A stretch of DNA of 64,000 nucleotides, from NCBI GenBank assembly GCA_009103225.1, contig RHPI01001259.1, forward strand, positions 62,001 to 126,000. The letters run 5' to 3'. A program made the translations under genes and the position numbers. The notes below the pieces were generated by a model. It did no database searches. It was given only the letters and a program-made list of their open reading frames with translations, and had not been told where the DNA came from. The stretch is from Chlorokybus atmophyticus. Its lineage: Eukaryota > Plantae > Mesostigma and Chlorokybus algae. Of this stretch, positions 53,885 to 64,000 are shown one piece after another (the stretch's first letter is position 1; the number at the start of each line of letters is the position of its first letter).

Positions 53885-54135
53885 GGCCCCCAACAACAAC
53901 AACACCGACAACGTCAATCACGTCGACAATCTGAAAGCACTCAGCCGACAATGCCGGTGACGTAACTTTTAAAGGACAGCAGTGACGTCATTGATTACTA
54001 GGAATACGTTACTGTGTTCTTTTGTCGTAATTAGGGTTTGGCGGGAAAGTTTGGGGTGTGCGTGCGGGTGTGGGCGGCGGCGGTGGCGGCGGTGGGCGAG
54101 GCTTCTGCATTGCTGCGAGGCGGCATGTGGGGCGC
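53885..54135. promoter_or_regulatory. Compact bidirectional promoter between LOG and URT1
   Basis: The divergent ATGs are only 251 bp apart. The interval contains TGACGTAA (53958), TGACGTCA (53983-53990) and a telo-box TTAGGGTTT (54031-54039). Confidence 0.6.
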
Positions 54136-57100
54136 ATGGCGCGGGCGAACAGCGATGGCGCAGCGCTTTTGGCCATGCTGAAGGCGCAGCAGCCTCCCAC
54201 AAGTGGTGTCCAGCAGCTGCTGCAAGCTCCTCCTTCTCCTTCTCTTCATCCACCTCCTTCCCGTGGTCTTCCTCCTTCGCCACTTTTGACAGCGTCTTCT
54301 GGCGCTGACCCGCGCGCATTCTGGGACTCCGCCGTCGCCGCCACTGGCCCGCCCATTCGCTACGCTCCAACAGCCTACCCTCCTCCTTCTCCTCATCCTC
54401 CACTTCCGCCTCCTCCTTCTCCCGTTCAACAGCCATACCACGCCTTCCAGCAACAGCAGCAGCAACTGAGGCCGCCGCAGCCGCAGCATTCGCAGCGACC
54501 GCAGCAACTGCAGCAGCAGCAGCAGCAGCAGTGGAGGCCCAGGCCGCAGCCGCCCCCCGGCTTTCAGCCCCGACCGCCCGCTGCTACCAGTCCAGGCGCT
54601 GACGCAGGTGCGCAGCTGCTAGCATTTGCGCTAGGCCGAGGTGGCCCACCACCGCCGCCGCCGGCACTGCACCAGCACGGGCCACACCAACAACCGTACC
54701 AGCAAGACTTTCATCAACAGCAACAGCAACAGCGACAATCACAACGATTACAACAACCACAAGAGCAGCACCAGCACCAGCACCTACATTCCACTACACC
54801 GCTACAACAGAGCATACCATTGCAGCATGTTCCCCACTTTCCTGGCTCCCAGCCCGGAGGCAGCTATGCTGCAGTGGGATTGCGCGGCCCCTTGCCTCAG
54901 CAGCAGCAGTCTGCACAAGCGTTGCAAGCTCAACCGAGACCTGCGGACGCATTGTCTGCAAGTTTGACAGCGTTGCGATTGGTGGAGCCGCAGCATGCAC
55001 CTGCTGCTGCCCCAAACACGCGTATTGTTGACCAGAAGGTCGGCGGTACAGCTCTTAACTTGTTGCGCGGTCCTGAAGCAAATGGACCTGAACCCCCACG
55101 CCCGGTACGGTTGTCAGACATTCAAGCAGTTGTCCACATCTACATTGACGATTGTCGATGACAAAAGTACAGTCACATTCATGTGAAGTACAGTCTTGCA
55201 TGGTTGCCTAGGTCATTTCCAATATCACTGGATGAGTACCATGCATGGCTGCATAAGCGCTGGTGCGCACCTCAGAAGTTTTAGCTGCTACTTTGGTTCC
55301 TAGTACAGCTTGTCATGGTAGCATGTAAGCCTGCCTACATGCTTGATACCCTGAAGTTGATACCATGAGGTCATGCTTGGCTCTTGGCAGGCCCTTCAAC
55401 CTGGTCCTGCCCCTCACCCCTCCACATCCGGGGACCGATGGCGTGCAGGGAAAACCGCGCAGTATCGCAAGCCACTGAAGGCAGACTTGGATCTGGTACT
55501 ATATCACTACTGTTTATGGTCTACCCATGCTTACATTATTGCTGGACGTTCAACTGTTTTGGAGGGTGCGGAGGGTCAAGGGCAATGGCTGTAGCTATGG
55601 CATATCCGACTTCTTTCTCTAGTTGGATACAGTCTCTGGCATGCAGTGTCCAGTCCTGAACTGTGCTGAATTTGTGAACATGCAGACCTATTTTCTGCTG
55701 CAGGTTTCTCGCCAGCTCTTTGAGTTGTGCCGGACGCTCAGACCATCCGAGAATGAACAGCGCTCGTTGCAGCAGTTTGTGCAACACGTGCAGCAGCTGG
55801 TCTACCAAGAGTGGCCGGGCGTGCGATTGCACCCGTTTGGATCGTATGCAAATGGCTTCACTGTCAAGAACAGCGATGTGGATTTGTGTCTGGAGGTGGA
55901 GGATGAGGAAACCGCAAAAGCCGATCATGTAACTCGACTCGCTGACATTTTAGAACGAAGTGAGCAGCAGGTTGCTTTGGTTCAACGTGAGATAGTCTTG
56001 CAGTTTGTCTGACGAATTCACGACATGTTTTGACAGATGGCATGAAGGATGTACAAGCTCTCACGCATGCACGCGTGCCAATTGTGAAGTTCAAAGACCC
56101 TCAAAGGTAGCCTTGCCCGGATATTCATGCAACACGCGCAGTCGTATAGTCGGATAGATTGAAGCCTGTCTGGTTCTCCATGTAATAGGTTTGACCTTGC
56201 CACATGTGCAGTGGCGTCGCATGCGACATCTGTGTCAACAACCTGTTGGCAGTGGCCAACACAAGGCTGCTCTACACATATGCTTCTCTCGACCCTCGCC
56301 TCAAGCAGCTTGCATTGATTGTCAAGCATTGGGCCAAACGCCGCCAGGTGAGCTAATGCCTTGGCATTGTACTTGTGTGCTGTAAAGCTTGGCAGCAGTC
56401 TTGAGGGGTTTCCTTTGCCAGATCAATGAGACCTACAGAGGGACGCTCTCCAGCTACGCGTATGTGTTGATGTGCATCTACTTTCTTCAGACTAGACAGC
56501 CTCCCGTACTGCCGTGCTTGCAGGTGAATCATGTTGTACCCCACTGTACAGTATGAGTTGGACATTGTGTTAATGTACATTGACTGTGAGTGGTCTGTTT
56601 GCCAGGCAATGGAAGCTACATGTCAAGGTGAAGCCAATGGGGTCCCATACAAGTACTTTGACCAGGTGGATCAGCTCAAAGACTTTGGGCATCGCAACAC
56701 TGAGACTTTGGGCACACTGTTGGTTGAATTCTACCGCTATTGGGCACGCGAGCATGACTACAACAACCACGTCATTTCTGTCCGGACGGGCGGCCCCATC
56801 AGGTAGTGCATCCTTATCAGCCTGCATGCTTTTGTGCTGCTCACAATTGCACGCACACAAAGCTCATTCCCAAAGGCGTTGGCAGTTTTGTGGTGGCTTT
56901 GATGGCAATTTATATGTTTGCAGAAAGGAGGACAAGAACTGGACCAAGCGTGTGGGGGTGGACAGGCACTTGATCTGCATTGAAGACCCTTTTGACACGA
57001 CACATGATCTGGGGCGAGTAGTGGACAAGATGAGCATCACTGTGTTGAAAGACGAGTTTTTCCGGGCATTACGCGCGTTTGAGAACATGCTTAAACCCAT

Positions 57101-57143
57101 TCCTTTTCTGTTTGAGCCGTACAGACGGGGCCAGGACCAGTAG
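54136..57143 (+). CDS. URT1: Terminal uridylyltransferase, URT1/Cid1-type, multi-exon
   Basis: Disordered P/Q-rich N-terminus. Catalytic [19 protein letters not shown], then [42 protein letters not shown] and [28 protein letters not shown], with the UTP-selecting His retained. The stop is at 57141-57143. Confidence 0.9.
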
Positions 57144-59470
57144 GAAGGTTAGCTTTGTGTATGTTGTCTGTTGGGGTTACAATTTTTCTATTGCCGTGCA
57201 ACAAACATACAAGTTACTGTACATATTTTTTGTTGGCTATTGCCAAAGAGCAAAACGTTACAGGATGTTGTCAGATCAGGTGCTTTTGTGGCGTCTTGGA
57301 GCTCAACGAGGTCTGCTAGGGGCCTGCTAGCAGTTGGGCAGGGCCTAGCAAATATGCATTGTGATTGAGCGTGCTCAAACTCTGCATTTCACCTGACAGT
57401 GAATTATGCGCAGCGCCTGTTGGTAATGTACTTGCATCCTACTGCGCACCATGCTCGGCTTGTGCTTGGACCTGAGGTGGCGGCGATGTAGCATAATAGA
57501 AGTAGTATGCTGCATTGTGTGACGTTGTTGGTGCTGTTTATGCATGGGATCACTGCTGTATGTATTTATCAAATGGGCCATGCCACACATAACTTACAGC
57601 AGAGCTGCGCGAAGCACGCTCTGAGAAACAAATGTATGCACAAGGCAAACCATAGAGCAAGCATGCACGCACACGAGTATGAGCACACACAGTCAGAGCA
57701 ATAGATTAGGCGGGGGCCAAGGTAGAGCTAAGACTCTAGCCTAGACGTGACACTGATAAGCTAGACCCTCAGGCAGCGACGGTGTGGGTGCAAGCATTGG
57801 AACGGCAAGGGAAGAGGGTAGCAACCTGCAGAACGCAGGGGGAGAGCAGAAAAGAGGTGAGACCGGGCCTTGGACAGCACATGTTCAAGCGTGATATGTA
57901 TGTGCCACTGGACGAGCTGAGGGGCCCAGCGCATCACTGCTTTGTTGTGCTGCCTGCTGTGCTGCTTGCCAAATGCTGACTTCGACTTGTGCTAGGCGTG
58001 ACAGAGGGCATGGTCTGGTGAGTTTTGGTTGTTGTGCTTGCCAAGTTATTGCCTGCATTTGCTTTGCTCTACTTGCCTGCTTGCGGACTTGTTGAGTGTA
58101 AGCAAGTTTGCATATGTAGTGTACACAGGTATGTTGACGGTATTGGTATCATGTGTCCGATCGCGTGTCCAGCAGGATATCAAAGCTGTTGTATGGAGTT
58201 CTCCAGCTTGGCGCATTGCTAGCACTCACTCAATGATAGTAATCGTGGAATCATGACAAGTTATGCATGCTGTATCTCACCTTGCTATCCCTGCGCACGT
58301 TTGTTTTAAGAAAAAGCCAAGTGTACGCGCACATAGAGTTGTTATGTGTAAACGATGTAAGTTGCACATGTGTATGCCACTGCCTTAAAAAGTTGGTGTC
58401 TACTTGTTGTATATAGGATGTGTGAAGTGCTGTGTGGCGCACGCATGCAGCATGAATGTACAACCGCACTGCATCATCATTTCTATACAAGGGTTTACAT
58501 TGTCACCACCTGTGTGTGTGCAGTGTGGTTTGCCTGGTGTTGGCATGCTGCATAGCTAGTACACTTGCATACCATTGAAAAGCCTATGTCTGAAGGCAAA
58601 GCACATAGCAAAACCTCATTGTCTTGTCATGTTAATATCTGCAAAACATAACGCTGCATCAATTGGAGAGACCAATAAACACACATGTTGCGCAGTTGAG
58701 AAACACATTATGTATGTTATCACACAACAATTAAAATGATGACACAAAAGAAGGTGAAAAGGTCTTGTCTCTCAATAATAGATAAGGAGAGAGTTCTCTC
58801 CTCATCTAAGAAGAATCTAACCCCGTATTAAATGAAAGTGCGCAATATGTCAATCATGTGATGTTGCGTCAAATGTACACAGATTACCCAAGCATGCCTT
58901 ATTTACGTAATCAACGTGACAATTCACAAAGAGCGACATATAAGTTGCAACGTACATGATGACGGCTCGTACTACGAATATTTAGGTTTAATATTGATGT
59001 TTAATTAAACAACCAAATCGCATTGTCATTGACATATAAATATTTTGGTTATAAAGTGACCATTCGACTTGCAATGTCAATAGTATAAGTTGATTATGAT
59101 ATGTACAGTGCCATAATATGCATGTACATGATAAAATCTTAAAACAGTTTATTATGTTTATATCTACGTATTAAAAACATTGCGATGAAGCATTATTGTA
59201 TCAAATTTTAAAAGTTTGCTAAAACTTAGCAATTATCTGCTCATGTGTATGTACTTTGTTTACATACCGTACTTACCCGTTCACAGTGCCCCCCTTCCAA
59301 CATAATGCCCCTCAAAATTGGGGGGTAATTGTATTCGGGGGGGGCACTCTATTCGGAAGAAGGCATTGTAATGGATCACGATTACGCTGTCTAACCGTAT
59401 CCAACCGCATGTTACGCAATCCAACAACATAAAACATGAGAAACATGCATAACACAACCATAAATCAAGT

Positions 59471-59560
59471 GTAACTTACTGCATTTACTGCGTATCCTCT
59501 GCTTCGGAGTTACGCAGTAAATGCAGTAACTTACTGCATTTATTGCGTAACCCGAAGCAG
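59471..59560. repeat. Triple-arm palindrome (A-A'-A) capable of alternative hairpins
   Basis: 59476-59494 is the exact reverse complement of 59511-59529. 59499-59529 pairs with 59531-59560 with one mismatch and one indel. Confidence 0.85.
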
Positions 59561-60340
59561 GGGCACTGTATACGAGGAGGGGGGCATAATGCAGCCTAAC
59601 AGTGTGCCCCCTTTTAAGATCCAGGGGGTTAATTATAATAGGGTGCATACGGTATGTAAAACAATACGCATGCGGCAGTATTTGACCTAATAACTCTCGT
59701 ATGCATTTTGCAATACCTACTATATTCATTTCATATGAAGGATTTATCGTGCGTTGTGTGTTGTTCAATCTGAACATTCATCATGAATCTTATTTGTGTA
59801 TCAATTATAATTACAGTTGTATGTGACTCTCATTAGATGGCAGGTTGCTACCATCAACACGCACTCATTATAACATGCATTGTGCAACTCATGTTGGTAA
59901 CTGCTTGCTGCTGCTGCCTGCTGCGTCCATACACCCACGGCATTGCATTGCACATAAAGTCACTCAGCATAATATAGTGCAATGGCCTCTGGTGTCATGT
60001 AAATGTTTGCTCTGGTGCTTGCTACTTGCTATTGTATGACATGAGTGTGCACGGACTGCATGTGTGCAATATGATTCATACCCTATGCGCTTGAGACATC
60101 GTAGTGTATGCACCTCTACTCCAAACAAAATAAAAATCAAGTTCTACGCTTTTTACCACCCACTCACGAGAGAGAAAATTGGGCCAAGTTGCAGTACCAG
60201 GTGGACAATGTCAATGCTGTCAATGCTGCGGTAAGCTTTTGCCGCGCACCACCGGCTCGCACGAGATTCGCTAGCGCGTGCGCTCTCCTGCATTGGCGCC
60301 AAAAAGTGCGCACCTCACCGCCCCGAATTCGAATTCAACC

Positions 60341-60349
60341 AAACCCTAA
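60341..60349 (+). promoter_or_regulatory. Telo-box upstream of SMC3, with a site II TGGGCC at 60180-60185
   Basis: Exact AAACCCTAA about 70 bp before the ATG at 60420. Confidence 0.5.
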
Positions 60350-60419
60350 TTCCAAGCTTGTCTTCTGCCTCGTCGTCGTCGTCGGTGGCGGCGGCGTGGG
60401 TGGTGTCGGTCCCGAAGAG

Positions 60420-64000
<3,581 letters not shown>

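Overview
This is eukaryotic, intron-rich nuclear DNA, probably from a green alga. That inference rests on plant-like RPL14, URT1, LOG and PAO5-type genes, plant telo-boxes (AAACCCTAA) and plant-type mitochondrial fragments. Most listed ORFs are artefacts of GT/CA-rich introns. The genes were reconstructed by hand from splice sites: a frameshifted HSPA12-like Hsp70, an unknown coiled-coil gene, RPL14, a polyamine oxidase, LOG, URT1 and the 5' part of SMC3. A degenerate island at about 13.3-26 kb holds a tRNA-like SINE head, a Ty3/gypsy relic with a PHD finger, a mosaic NUMT (nad7/rns/nad5), a vWA gene fragment and satellites. The standout is a ~25 kb multi-exon gene (26508-51623) for a giant polycystin-1-like membrane protein. 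It has a signal peptide, about 25 filamin-type Ig repeats, a REJ-type region, an intact GPS autoproteolysis motif, five TM helices without PLAT or the channel half, and tandem IQ motifs. Its exons and introns show a periodic C-rich to G-rich compositional flip. Exon boundaries are manual estimates, and four single N characters mark assembly junctions.
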